This document shows positions 9,956-19,133 of a stretch of DNA of 64,000 bases, piece by piece. The first letter of the stretch is position 1; each line of letters opens with the position of its first letter. The position numbers and the translations under genes were made by a program. The notes beneath the pieces were generated by a model that saw only the letters and a program-made list of their open reading frames with translations, searched no databases and was not told the DNA's origin. Origin of the DNA: Leptospiraceae bacterium (GTDB taxonomy: Bacteria; Spirochaetota; Leptospiria; Leptospirales; Leptonemataceae); NCBI GenBank assembly GCA_040217195.1, contig JAVJNR010000008.1, positions 384,001 through 448,000 on the forward strand, given 5' to 3'.

Positions 9956-11181
9956 TGCCCATCTACCGATATACAGCCCTTAACCGCAAAGGAAAAGAAG
10001 AGAAAGGAATCCTGGATGCTGGAAATGCCGTTCTGGCACGGAAAATGCTCCGTACAAAGGGCCTCTATGTTCGCACTATCTCTCAGGATGAAGAGAAAAG
10101 AGAAAGAGAGCTATTTCCCTTTCTTACTAAACTAATCTATCGGGTACCAAGGCGGGATGTGGCCCTATTTGCCCGTCAACTGGGAACTCTTCTGGATGCA
10201 GGTCTGCCCCTGGACCGATCCATGAACAACATTATAGATCAAACAGAAAATGAATTCCTCAAGAAAGCGCTAATCGAGGTGAAATCAGATGTTGTGGAGG
10301 GAGACTCACTTTCCATAGCACTTTCGAAGCATCCGGCCATATTTCCTTCAATCTATGGCAACCTCATTAGTGTGGGGGAAAAGACCGGTACCTACGAAAA
10401 GGCTTTGCTGAGATTGGCCGACCTGGAAGAAGCCAATCTGACAATGAAAAGTAAGGTGCAGGCAGCGCTGTTCTATCCGCTGCTTATGCTTGTACTTCTG
10501 GGAGCCATCATGGCCTTTCTGATGGGCATTGTTGTTCCTCAGATTGAACGCCTATTTGAAGAAATGGATATGGATCTGCCCCTGATTACCCAGGTGGTTC
10601 TGGCCATATCCGATTTAATGAGCTCCTGGAAAATCCTGATCGTAATTGGTATTATCGCCGGCGCAGTCTATGGAGTGCAGAGGTACTATTCCACTCCAGA
10701 AGGCAGGCGCCGGATCGAAGAACTACTTTTGAAAGTGCCTCTCATTGGTAGCCTTTTGCAGAAATCCCTTCTGGCCAGGTTCTCGCGAAATCTGGGGGTG
10801 ATGCTGGAAAACCGGGTTCCTCTGATTACATCCCTGCAGGTGGTTTCCAAAGTGGTAAACCATTCCATTTTCCATGCAGAGATTGAAGGGGCCATTGCAA
10901 AAATCAAGGAGGGCAGCCGAATTACAGAAGCCTTCCGGGACTCGGTAATAGTAAATCAGATGATTCTGGGAATGCTCAGCGCTGGAGAGGCTTCCGACAA
11001 CATTCCTGGAATGGTAAACAAAATCGCAGACATTCTGGATGAGGAAGTGAACGCCGCGGTGCAGAAATTTTCCACTTTACTTGAACCCATCATGATTATA
11101 TTAATGGGGGGACTGATCGCTTTAATCATGATGGCAATTCTGTTGCCTATCAACGATCTGCAGCAGAATATGCAATTCTAG
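9955..11181 (+). CDS. gspF: Type II secretion inner-membrane platform protein
   Basis: FARQLGTLLDAGLPL, GEKTG, ALFYP and LLEPIMI motifs. TAATG-coupled to gspE. Confidence 0.96.
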   Translation: MPIYRYTALNRKGKEEKGILDAGNAVLARKMLRTKGLYVRTISQDEEKRERELFPFLTKLIYRVPRRDVALFARQLGTLLDAGLPLDRSMNNIIDQTENEFLKKALIEVKSDVVEGDSLSIALSKHPAIFPSIYGNLISVGEKTGTYEKALLRLADLEEANLTMKSKVQAALFYPLLMLVLLGAIMAFLMGIVVPQIERLFEEMDMDLPLITQVVLAISDLMSSWKILIVIGIIAGAVYGVQRYYSTPEGRRRIEELLLKVPLIGSLLQKSLLARFSRNLGVMLENRVPLITSLQVVSKVVNHSIFHAEIEGAIAKIKEGSRITEAFRDSVIVNQMILGMLSAGEASDNIPGMVNKIADILDEEVNAAVQKFSTLLEPIMIILMGGLIALIMMAILLPINDLQQNMQF

Positions 11182-11194
11182 AGCTGCCCGGAAG

Positions 11195-11716
11195 ATGGGC
11201 AATACAGACAGGAGAGAAGAAATGAAAGAGGTGTTCCAGGCTCAGACCGCAAAAGAAAAACTGAGCAGAGCCCTGCGAAGGGTCCGAAAGCAAAAATCCA
11301 GACGAGGCCTTACACTGGTAGAACTGGCCATTGTACTTATGGTTCTGGGAATCATCATTGGCATTGTCTATGCAGGTATTAATACAGATTCCGTGGATGA
11401 AGCTCGTCTCATGGGCGTAAAAAGAAATGAGCCGATGCTAAAACTGAACTGGGAAAAGTATGAGCGCCGTGTAAACCAGATACCAACGGGTACAGCCATC
11501 GATATGCTTTCCCAGGATGATCAGCAGAATGGGTGGCGCGGAATCGATGAAAAACTAATCGAAGATATGTGGGGTCGTCCCTACTTCGTATGCGATCAAA
11601 ATGGATACCGTGAGCTATGCACATACGGCGCAGACGGTCAACCAGGAGGCGAAGGAATGAACCAGGATTTCGCCATCACAGATAAATCCAGCTGGCCGCC
11701 CTATCTCAAGGATTGA
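11195..11716 (+). CDS. gspG: Major pseudopilin (start may be 11222)
   Basis: RRG^LTLVE prepilin site and C-terminal DMWGRPY..TYGADGQPGGEG..QDF GspG signature. Confidence 0.9.
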   Translation: MGNTDRREEMKEVFQAQTAKEKLSRALRRVRKQKSRRGLTLVELAIVLMVLGIIIGIVYAGINTDSVDEARLMGVKRNEPMLKLNWEKYERRVNQIPTGTAIDMLSQDDQQNGWRGIDEKLIEDMWGRPYFVCDQNGYRELCTYGADGQPGGEGMNQDFAITDKSSWPPYLKD

Positions 11717-11782
11717 TCCAGATGGTACGCCAGGGCTTCCATAAAATAGCCCTGGCAGATTACCATTCCGGACAGTAGAAAG

Positions 11783-12340
11783 ATGAAGACCCGGAATAGC
11801 ATACGATTGAGGGTTCGAGCCGGACTGACCCTTGTAGAAACTGCCATAGTGATTTTGATACTTGGCATAATGATCGGCGTAGTTACTTCGCTTTATTCTG
11901 CAATTCCCAACCTTAGAAGTACAGAAACCGAAGCAGAAACCCTTCGGGGCTACTTTCAAAGCGCACGAAATACAGCTCTGTTTACAAATAACACTTTCTA
12001 CATTGAATTTGATCTTACCGAGAACCGGTACAGAGGCTATCTGATAGAGCGTGCCAACAATCGGAGCGATGAGAAGGAAAAGTTCGATCATAGTCTGGCA
12101 GATTCCAACGGATTGCTGGGAGTTTCTGTAGGCCTGAGCGGCAAGGTGCAGGAAGGAAAGATAACCATCATATTTCTACCGGATGGCACAGCCGAACAGG
12201 TTGCCGTGTATCTGGGAGAGCCTCCGCTTGCATCTAAGACTGTAATTCTCAACCGGTATGGAGGAAGCACAAGAATCGCTGACGGAGAGGCGGAACTGGA
12301 CCTGGATCGGGATTGGTCCCAGGACCTGGAGGAATTCTGA
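11783..12340 (+). CDS. gspH: Minor pseudopilin H-like
   Basis: RAG^LTLVE site, SARNTA helix and IIFLPDG motif. Follows gspG. Confidence 0.75.
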   Translation: MKTRNSIRLRVRAGLTLVETAIVILILGIMIGVVTSLYSAIPNLRSTETEAETLRGYFQSARNTALFTNNTFYIEFDLTENRYRGYLIERANNRSDEKEKFDHSLADSNGLLGVSVGLSGKVQEGKITIIFLPDGTAEQVAVYLGEPPLASKTVILNRYGGSTRIADGEAELDLDRDWSQDLEEF

Positions 12341-12996
12341 TGCGATTCTTTCCAGGTAGAAACGGTGGTAACTTAGCAAAGACAGGCAATGTCCCGGATC
12401 AAGTGTCATCTTCCAGCGAATGGCACAGATTAGGCCATATCCTCAAGAACTGGAATACAAACATCCGAAACAGAACCGGTCTCACTCTTGTGGAAATGGC
12501 CATAGCAACTCTGGTGACTGCAGTATTCACCATGACGATCACCATGCAGATCGCAAGTTCCATTAAGGCGCAGGTGGAGGCAGACAGACTTTCCATAGCA
12601 TCCAGCCTCGCTCAAACGAAGATGAGCCAGCTACTGAGCACTCCCAGTCTGGAACCTACAAACAATTCCCATAGCTTTCCTGCAAATTCAGGCATCTACG
12701 CCGGCTACGAAGTGAAAGTAACAGTTAATCAGGACAAGATCAATCTTCAGGATACAATTTCCTCCGGTGAAATCAAAGGAGTGAACATTGACGATAAATT
12801 GCCTGCAGGTGTTCAGAATCAAGAACAGACCATTGAAAAGGCCGGTTCCTCAGAAGCATCGGTGACTGGCGGAGATGTAAACGTTTATAGAATTGTTATT
12901 GATATCAAAATTCCTCTTGGGCAGCGAGAATTCGAAATGTATAGAGTTGAAACCCTGCGTTCCGCAGATAAGCCCACGGAAATGGGAACTCCTTGA
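12340..12996 (+). CDS. gspI: Minor pseudopilin I-like
   Basis: RTG^LTLVE site and IASSLAQTKM helix. TGATG overlap with the gspH stop. Confidence 0.7.
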   Translation: MRFFPGRNGGNLAKTGNVPDQVSSSSEWHRLGHILKNWNTNIRNRTGLTLVEMAIATLVTAVFTMTITMQIASSIKAQVEADRLSIASSLAQTKMSQLLSTPSLEPTNNSHSFPANSGIYAGYEVKVTVNQDKINLQDTISSGEIKGVNIDDKLPAGVQNQEQTIEKAGSSEASVTGGDVNVYRIVIDIKIPLGQREFEMYRVETLRSADKPTEMGTP

Positions 12997-13178
12997 GACT
13001 GTGTTACATCTACCTGAACGGCCGTAGAGGCGCTCGGCAGTTAGAGATTGTTTGCGAGTGAGCTGGTATTTATCGGCCAGTCTTAAGGGAATAGAAGGAA
13101 GCAAAGTGATCGGAATCTGGATCTACCAGCAGACAGATGTAGAGATTCCGCTTATAAGAAATGGATTGAGCCATTAAC

Positions 13179-13898
13179 ATGACAGATTCCAGAATTCAAA
13201 AGCCTCAGTTCTACTATGCCAGACGGTTACGCCATCTGGCCGCTAGAAATAATGGATTCGGACGAAATCGGTCCGGCTTAACACTGGTGGAATTAGCCAT
13301 GGTTGTGCTGATTATGGGCGTCCTGTTCTCTGTCATGTTTGGTGTATTCTTTCGAGCTTCCGAAATCGCCCGGGAAGGCTCTCCTCCGGCAGAAGCCAGA
13401 CAAAGAGCCATGCTGGCTTTGGAAAACATTCGAACAGCGATTAACAATACCTACTACATGGCAGATATCGAACGTCTGGTATTCTATGGAAAAAGCAAAA
13501 CCACAGGCACAGGTTCTATGGATGAGCTCACCTTTGCTTCTGTGGTACCCGGAGCCGAAGAAAGCGGCACTCCAGAGGTAAGGGAGGTCTCCTTCTATCT
13601 GGCTCCTCCGGAGAATGCAACGTCCGACCAGGATGGATATATACTGTATCGCAGAGAAGATCAGCAGGTGGATGAGTACCCGGGAAAGGGGGGAGCCCAC
13701 TATCCTATGGCCGAGGGGATCCTTTCACTAAACTTCAAATATAGCTACAATGCAAAGACCTGGTATGATGATGAAGGTTGGAATACAAAGAAAAATGCCG
13801 CTTTACCCCGACTGGTACAGATCGAAATGATCGTCAAGGTGGGCGGCAGAAAAGAAAGGCTGGAAACCCTGGCCTCTCCAGGACTGTACATCAACTAA
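13179..13898 (+). CDS. gspJ: Minor pseudopilin J
   Basis: RSG^LTLVE site plus EVSFYL, LYRRE, ILSLNFKY, W..W and LPRLVQIEM GspJ-type motifs. Confidence 0.85.
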   Translation: MTDSRIQKPQFYYARRLRHLAARNNGFGRNRSGLTLVELAMVVLIMGVLFSVMFGVFFRASEIAREGSPPAEARQRAMLALENIRTAINNTYYMADIERLVFYGKSKTTGTGSMDELTFASVVPGAEESGTPEVREVSFYLAPPENATSDQDGYILYRREDQQVDEYPGKGGAHYPMAEGILSLNFKYSYNAKTWYDDEGWNTKKNAALPRLVQIEMIVKVGGRKERLETLASPGLYIN

Positions 13899-14108
13899 TG
13901 CCCATAAGCCAATCCCGAGCTACTAAACCTGCTGAAACTCGCCTGGGATAAAATAAGTATTCGTGGATTGTACCCAATCGGCCAGATTAAGCTCAACATA
14001 AAAGGCTGATAGCCTTTCCAGTCTGCCCGAAACCAGTACGTTTCACTGAAGGCAAGCGGAGCCGCAAACCAGAAGTCTCATTAAACGAATAACCTCCGGG
14101 AAAACCAA

Positions 14109-15056
14109 TCAGGGTACAGAAACCGGTTGCACCGTGGTGCGATCTACCTGCACTTTGAGACGTTTGTATTCGTAGGAATCCTTACCATACTTCAGTTCAG
14201 CATACTTTAGAATGTTTTCATTCTTTCGGGCTTTCATGGCACGGTAAACATCTTCCCGCCCCATTTCTTTTGCAGATGCTTCTTGAGTTCTATAGGCAAT
14301 GGCCAGCAGGCGATAGGGTTCGGACTCGGTAGCATGCTCCTTCTTGAGCTCCAGGTATTCTTCCAGAACTGAAATAGTCATTCCTGGATTTCCGTTCTGG
14401 AACTGCAGCTTTACGTACTCTCGAATGGCAGCTCCTTTGAGGTTCAAATAAGGCTCGCTCTTCTTGATTTCCGGATTCTGAACCTTATCCAGCTGCTTCA
14501 TGGACTCTATGAGATAGCTCACAGCCTTATTTCTGTACTTTGAAAATACCTGTCGCTTTTCCCGGTCAAGACGATCCTTCTTTTCCTGCTTCTGCCAGTC
14601 ATACTGAGCCGGTAGCCTTTCGATTTTCTTTTTCGCTGTTTCGAATTCCTGGCCTGCTTCTCGCATCAATTCACCCGCTGTCTTATACAGGCTGCGAGCT
14701 TTCTGCATTCTCTCCAGGGATTTTTTCTGACTTAACTCATCCAGAATTTGTAACTCTGGAAAGCTTGAGGGAATCTCTGGATCCTCCCATTGACCGGGCT
14801 CATGGACTGGTTCATCCGGATCCTGGAAAGGCTTCTCCAGAACCGGACTATCAGGCTCAGGGGAATCCTCCGAAAAAAAGAAACTGTCTTCCGAATTTCG
14901 ATCTTTCTCTTCTTCGGTTGGTTCAGACGAAGGCTCCTCGGCCTGCAGAGGGGAGTGACTGGAGTCAGGTCCAGAAAGCAAGGGCAGACCATAGGCACTG
15001 ATGACGGTGAGTAAAATCAGGAAACTGGTTTTTCTTAGATGCATCATATCATTCAA
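14109..15056 (-). CDS. FcpA-related periplasmic (flagellar sheath/coiling) protein
   Basis: Signal peptide and acidic linker. Blocks YDWQKQEKKDRLDR, KAVSYL..LDKVQNPEIK, ISVLEEYLEL and AELKYGKDSYEYK resemble the recalled Leptospira FcpA sequence. Start could be 15047 or 15044. Confidence 0.7.
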   Translation of the reverse strand: MNDMMHLRKTSFLILLTVISAYGLPLLSGPDSSHSPLQAEEPSSEPTEEEKDRNSEDSFFFSEDSPEPDSPVLEKPFQDPDEPVHEPGQWEDPEIPSSFPELQILDELSQKKSLERMQKARSLYKTAGELMREAGQEFETAKKKIERLPAQYDWQKQEKKDRLDREKRQVFSKYRNKAVSYLIESMKQLDKVQNPEIKKSEPYLNLKGAAIREYVKLQFQNGNPGMTISVLEEYLELKKEHATESEPYRLLAIAYRTQEASAKEMGREDVYRAMKARKNENILKYAELKYGKDSYEYKRLKVQVDRTTVQPVSVP

Positions 15057-15097
15057 AATCTACTGGCAAGGGCCAGGGCCGGTACTTTTCTATCCTA

Positions 15098-15124
15098 CCA
15101 TCGGCAAAAACCGAGAAAACTGAA
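15098..15124 (-). promoter_or_regulatory. Putative sigma28 (FliA) promoter of the FcpA-related gene
   Basis: The minus strand reads TTCAGTTT-N11-GCCGATGG, against the consensus TAAAGTTT-N11-GCCGATAA. Confidence 0.55.
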
Positions 15125-15144
15125 ACAGGACCTGCTCCATATTA

Positions 15145-16440
15145 ATGAAAGAGAACCTACCCGTCACTTACCTGGAAAACCGGCTACAAATAGAAGACGT
15201 ATCCGTGGTAGATCTGGTTCAAGCCTACGGAACGCCTCTGTACGTCTATTCGGCCAGCTACTTTGAATCAAGACTTGATCTCTACAACAAGGGTAGAGAA
15301 GGTCTGGAGGATCAGATTCAGTTCTGCTATGGAATGAAGGCTAATTCCAATCTGGAGTTGCTTCGACTGGTCGCCTCTCGAGGCTGGGGAGCCGATATAG
15401 TCAGTGGCGGAGAACTGTACCGTTGCCTGAAAGCCGGTATAGATCCGGCAAAAATTGTATTCTCCGGAGTGGGAAAAACAGAAGAGGAAATCGCATTTGC
15501 TCTGGAATCGAGCATCCATCTATTCAGCGTTGAAAGCGCATCTGAGCTTAGATTGATTTCCAGGATTGCCAGCCAACGGGAAAAAATTGCTCCCGTAGGC
15601 ATCCGAATCAATCCAGATGTGGACCCAAAAACCCACCCCTATATCTCCACTGGCCTGAAAGAAAACAAATTCGGTGTAGCACATTCTGAGGCGCTGGAAA
15701 TTTATCGAGAAGCAGCGCAATTGCCAGGAATTGAAATCAAAGCAGCTGGATTTCATATCGGTTCACAGCTTCTGGACACAGGCTCTTACAGAGAAGCAGC
15801 GGAAAGACTGTTGGGCCTGGTGCAGCAAATCGAAGAGGCAGGCATCCCGATAAACGAGATTGATGTAGGTGGAGGTCTGGGCATAGATTATCTGGAAGAC
15901 CATAATCTGGATGAGCCTCTGGAGACCCCGGACCCGTCCGAGTTTGTAAAGCAAATCTGGAAATGGATCAATGAAAACCAGGCAAACACAAACGGGAAGG
16001 TACGAAAGATCACTTTTGAGCCCGGCCGAAGTGTGGCCGGAAACTCGGGATTTCTAATAACCAGAATATTGTACAAAAAATCCAATGAAGATCGCACTTT
16101 CTTCGTATGCGATGCGGCCATGAATGATCTGCTTCGACCCTCTCTGTATCAGGCCTATCATCGGGTGCTGCCAGAAAGCAGTAATCGAGGCACATCGTAT
16201 GGCGATCTGGTAGGACCTGTATGCGAAAGCGGGGACTTTCTGGCCAGAGGTAGAGATCTGCCGGACTTTCGCGAAGAGGACCTGGCAGTGCTAGCTTCCG
16301 CAGGCGCCTATGGATTCATCATGTCTTCGAATTACAATACCAGACCCAGAGCGGCTGAAGTACTTGTGCGCGGTAAATCCCACAAACTAATTCGAAAACG
16401 AGAAACCTATGAACAATTACTGGAAAATGAGATACTGTAA
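15145..16440 (+). CDS. lysA: Diaminopimelate decarboxylase
   Basis: YGTPLYVY, PLP lysine in YGMKANS, HPYISTG, HIGSQ, EPGRS, GPVCESGD and MSSNYNTRP. Confidence 0.97.
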   Translation: MKENLPVTYLENRLQIEDVSVVDLVQAYGTPLYVYSASYFESRLDLYNKGREGLEDQIQFCYGMKANSNLELLRLVASRGWGADIVSGGELYRCLKAGIDPAKIVFSGVGKTEEEIAFALESSIHLFSVESASELRLISRIASQREKIAPVGIRINPDVDPKTHPYISTGLKENKFGVAHSEALEIYREAAQLPGIEIKAAGFHIGSQLLDTGSYREAAERLLGLVQQIEEAGIPINEIDVGGGLGIDYLEDHNLDEPLETPDPSEFVKQIWKWINENQANTNGKVRKITFEPGRSVAGNSGFLITRILYKKSNEDRTFFVCDAAMNDLLRPSLYQAYHRVLPESSNRGTSYGDLVGPVCESGDFLARGRDLPDFREEDLAVLASAGAYGFIMSSNYNTRPRAAEVLVRGKSHKLIRKRETYEQLLENEIL

Positions 16441-16573
16441 TTCCTGCATTTGCGGCCTTGCCCGCGCCTGAAACCCATCGCTGGAATCCGAATACTCAAC
16501 ACCAGTCCCGGAACGCTTTTCGCAGTTCAAGCTATTGCGATGGAGCAGGCAAATGCAGGAGTCCGGGCGCATA

Positions 16574-16614
16574 CACTATGGTCAAGCGGATGCACTATGG
16601 TCAAGCGGATGCAC
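16574..16614. repeat. 19-bp tandem direct repeat (CACTATGGTCAAGCGGATG x2 plus CAC)
   Basis: Exact duplication at 16574-16592 and 16593-16611 in the lysA/pbpC convergent spacer. Confidence 0.85.
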
Positions 16615-16732
16615 CAAAGTCGAGCGCATAGAACTGGCCGATTCCGGGCCATACATAGTGCAGGATCTGGCCAGTATGCGAAACCTGATGCTCAGGACTT
16701 AACTCTTTGCCGCTAAAAAAATTCCACATCGC

Positions 16733-19063
16733 TCATTCACTGATTCGAAACAGTGTACGGACCGGCGGTTTTCCGGGACAATGAAGTGTAATCTCATAGC
16801 TTCCAGCAACAGGCTTAATCTGTGTTCTCAGATGTCCGCCGGCTGGAATCCTATGCATCTGACCATTGATGCTGTAGTAGCAATCCGATTCTGCGCGAAT
16901 TTCCAGAAGCACTGACTGGCTATCCTCCGGTCTATGTGGATCCAGAACAAAGATTTGATCATCCAGAGGGTGCAGAATGCCCATCGGCTGACTGGCCTCA
17001 TGAATTCCCGAGCAGGGAGGAGGTAGTACATCCTCGGGTAAGAAGGGTTCGGTCCAGGCAGGACAATTCGGACCGGCAAGATGGCCGGTCTTTTTGCATA
17101 TATTTGCGTATCTCCAGCTATCCGGATAATGAAACCTGGAATCGCTATTTTCGTAAAGCATCCGCATCACCTGATGCATTATCCGCCCGGCCCCTCTCGC
17201 TCCGGATACACCCAGAGTGGGTTCGCTGCGAAAGTTGCCCACCCATACGCCCACCACATGGTTGGTCGTGTATCCTACGGCCCAGGAATCGCGAAAATCC
17301 TTGGAGGTTCCTGTCTTGGCGGCCACATCAAAGGGAAAGTCCAGAAAACTCCGTGGACCAAAGGAACCCCTTCTGGCTTCCCGATCGGAAAGAATATGGC
17401 GGATTAGCAGGGCAGTGTCTGTGCGAAATAGCTGCTTTCTCTGACCAAATCTAAGAACTGGACTGTGAGCAATTTGAACCGGCAACATTTCTCCTTCAGC
17501 GGCCAGGGCCCCGTAAAGAAGGGTTACTTCAAATAGTGTAGCACCCCCGGTTCCCAGTGCCAGAGATGGGCCGTAGTCTCGGGCAGGCTCCTGCATGTGC
17601 TCAAAACCGGCAGATTTTAGCAAGTCGTAGAATCGTTGGGCACCCAGCCTTTCAATGAGTCGCACTGCAGGGATATTGCGAGAACCGGCAAGTGCTTCGC
17701 GAACAGTGATGGTTCCACTGAACTTCAGATCATGATTTCGCGGCGCATATGTTTCCTTTCGAATAGAATCCGTAATCACGTATTCGCTGTCATCGATCAA
17801 ATGGCCAGGACGTAGCCCCATTTCCTGCACTGCCAGTGCATACAGGAAAGGCTTCAGTACACTGCCAGCATCGTGAATGGCCAGGGCCCCATTAACCTGA
17901 CCGTCCTGACCTTCGAAATCCGATGAGCCTATCATGGCCCTCAGATTCCAGAATTCAGAACCCCGTTCCAGAACTATAACCGCCGCCTGGTTGGCTCCTT
18001 TATCTTCCAGCACCGATAGCTCGGCCTGAATGATGCTTTGAATATGGGTTTGCAATCCATTGTCCAGTTCAGTCAGAACCTCTCCGCGCACATCCAGGTT
18101 GTGAAACAGATAGACTCCCAGGTGAGGGGCACTGTGCGGATATCCAGAGATCTGTATTTCAGAATTGGATGCTTCCGAAACGGATTCTGTTTCCTCCGTG
18201 GAATGATCGCCAGCATCCAGGAATCGAAAGGAACTCGGGAACTTAATATGCTCTTCGGACTGCCAGCCGCATTGCTCGGCCAGGATCGGCATTTCCGATT
18301 TAGTTCTAAGAAACAGATGCTGCATTCTATTTTTCATCGCCTCTAGATTCATTGAGGTTCGCCTTAGAAGTACAATGAGCAACGACTGCTCTTCGCAACT
18401 CAATAAAGACAGATCCTTATCAAAATAGTATCTCGCAGCAGCCGGGAATCCTTTTCTGTTCCGTCCCAGAGGTGCATTCTGAATATATCGATCCAGAAGT
18501 TCATCCTTGCTCCAATGGGAACTGACCTTGATCGCATATAGTGCTTCTACTGGTTTTCTCAACAATGCACTTTCAGGCATTCTGTGCTTAAATGCAATTC
18601 GAACGTATTGCTGCGGGATGGTAGAAGCTCCGCTTACGATTCGACCTTCCCTGACGTTGGATAAGAAGGCACGGATTATTGCCTGGAAATCCAGGCCACC
18701 ATGATGATAATAATTCTGATCCTCGGCCAGAAGCAAAAGGCGGATGAATGTGTCCGGTATTCGGCCCGGAGCCTTTTGAATTCCCAGATCGGGATTGCTG
18801 TATTCGAAAATTAATTCCTGATGCCTGGAAAGAAGGAATATATCACTGTCTCTGCGACCGGGAAGGGGGCTCAAGAAGAAGGACAGAGAGCCCAAAACAT
18901 AAAGAATGAGAAAGCCGGTAAAGTAACCATTGATGCGAGGCCACTCGCCATAGACCGGTTTGTTCAGATGATTCCGGATGAGTCTGCCCAGCTTGCTAAG
19001 ACTGGCCAGACTAAACCTCCAGGCCCCTGAACCCAGGGCTATTACCTTGTTGCGCCAATGCAT
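16733..19063 (-). CDS. pbpC: Penicillin-binding protein 1C (transglycosylase/transpeptidase)
   Basis: TGase motifs AEDQNYYHHGGLD and GASTIPQQ, TPase motifs GSVLK, SRN and KTGTS, and a Cys-containing PBP1C C-terminus. Lies downstream of alpha-2-macroglobulin. Confidence 0.92.
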   Translation of the reverse strand: MHWRNKVIALGSGAWRFSLASLSKLGRLIRNHLNKPVYGEWPRINGYFTGFLILYVLGSLSFFLSPLPGRRDSDIFLLSRHQELIFEYSNPDLGIQKAPGRIPDTFIRLLLLAEDQNYYHHGGLDFQAIIRAFLSNVREGRIVSGASTIPQQYVRIAFKHRMPESALLRKPVEALYAIKVSSHWSKDELLDRYIQNAPLGRNRKGFPAAARYYFDKDLSLLSCEEQSLLIVLLRRTSMNLEAMKNRMQHLFLRTKSEMPILAEQCGWQSEEHIKFPSSFRFLDAGDHSTEETESVSEASNSEIQISGYPHSAPHLGVYLFHNLDVRGEVLTELDNGLQTHIQSIIQAELSVLEDKGANQAAVIVLERGSEFWNLRAMIGSSDFEGQDGQVNGALAIHDAGSVLKPFLYALAVQEMGLRPGHLIDDSEYVITDSIRKETYAPRNHDLKFSGTITVREALAGSRNIPAVRLIERLGAQRFYDLLKSAGFEHMQEPARDYGPSLALGTGGATLFEVTLLYGALAAEGEMLPVQIAHSPVLRFGQRKQLFRTDTALLIRHILSDREARRGSFGPRSFLDFPFDVAAKTGTSKDFRDSWAVGYTTNHVVGVWVGNFRSEPTLGVSGARGAGRIMHQVMRMLYENSDSRFHYPDSWRYANICKKTGHLAGPNCPAWTEPFLPEDVLPPPCSGIHEASQPMGILHPLDDQIFVLDPHRPEDSQSVLLEIRAESDCYYSINGQMHRIPAGGHLRTQIKPVAGSYEITLHCPGKPPVRTLFRISE

Positions 19064-19133
19064 TGCAGTAATCGGTCAGGGGCCTGTCCGGCTACTGGGA
19101 CTCAATGAGCCTCAGGTACAAACAGTCTTTCAT

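Noticed and set aside
16574..16614. Possible mini-CRISPR
   Set aside because: The repeats abut with no spacer, are too short, and no cas genes are present.
16450..16716. 88-aa ORF after lysA
   Set aside because: TTG start, no SD, no motif, and it spans the tandem repeat.
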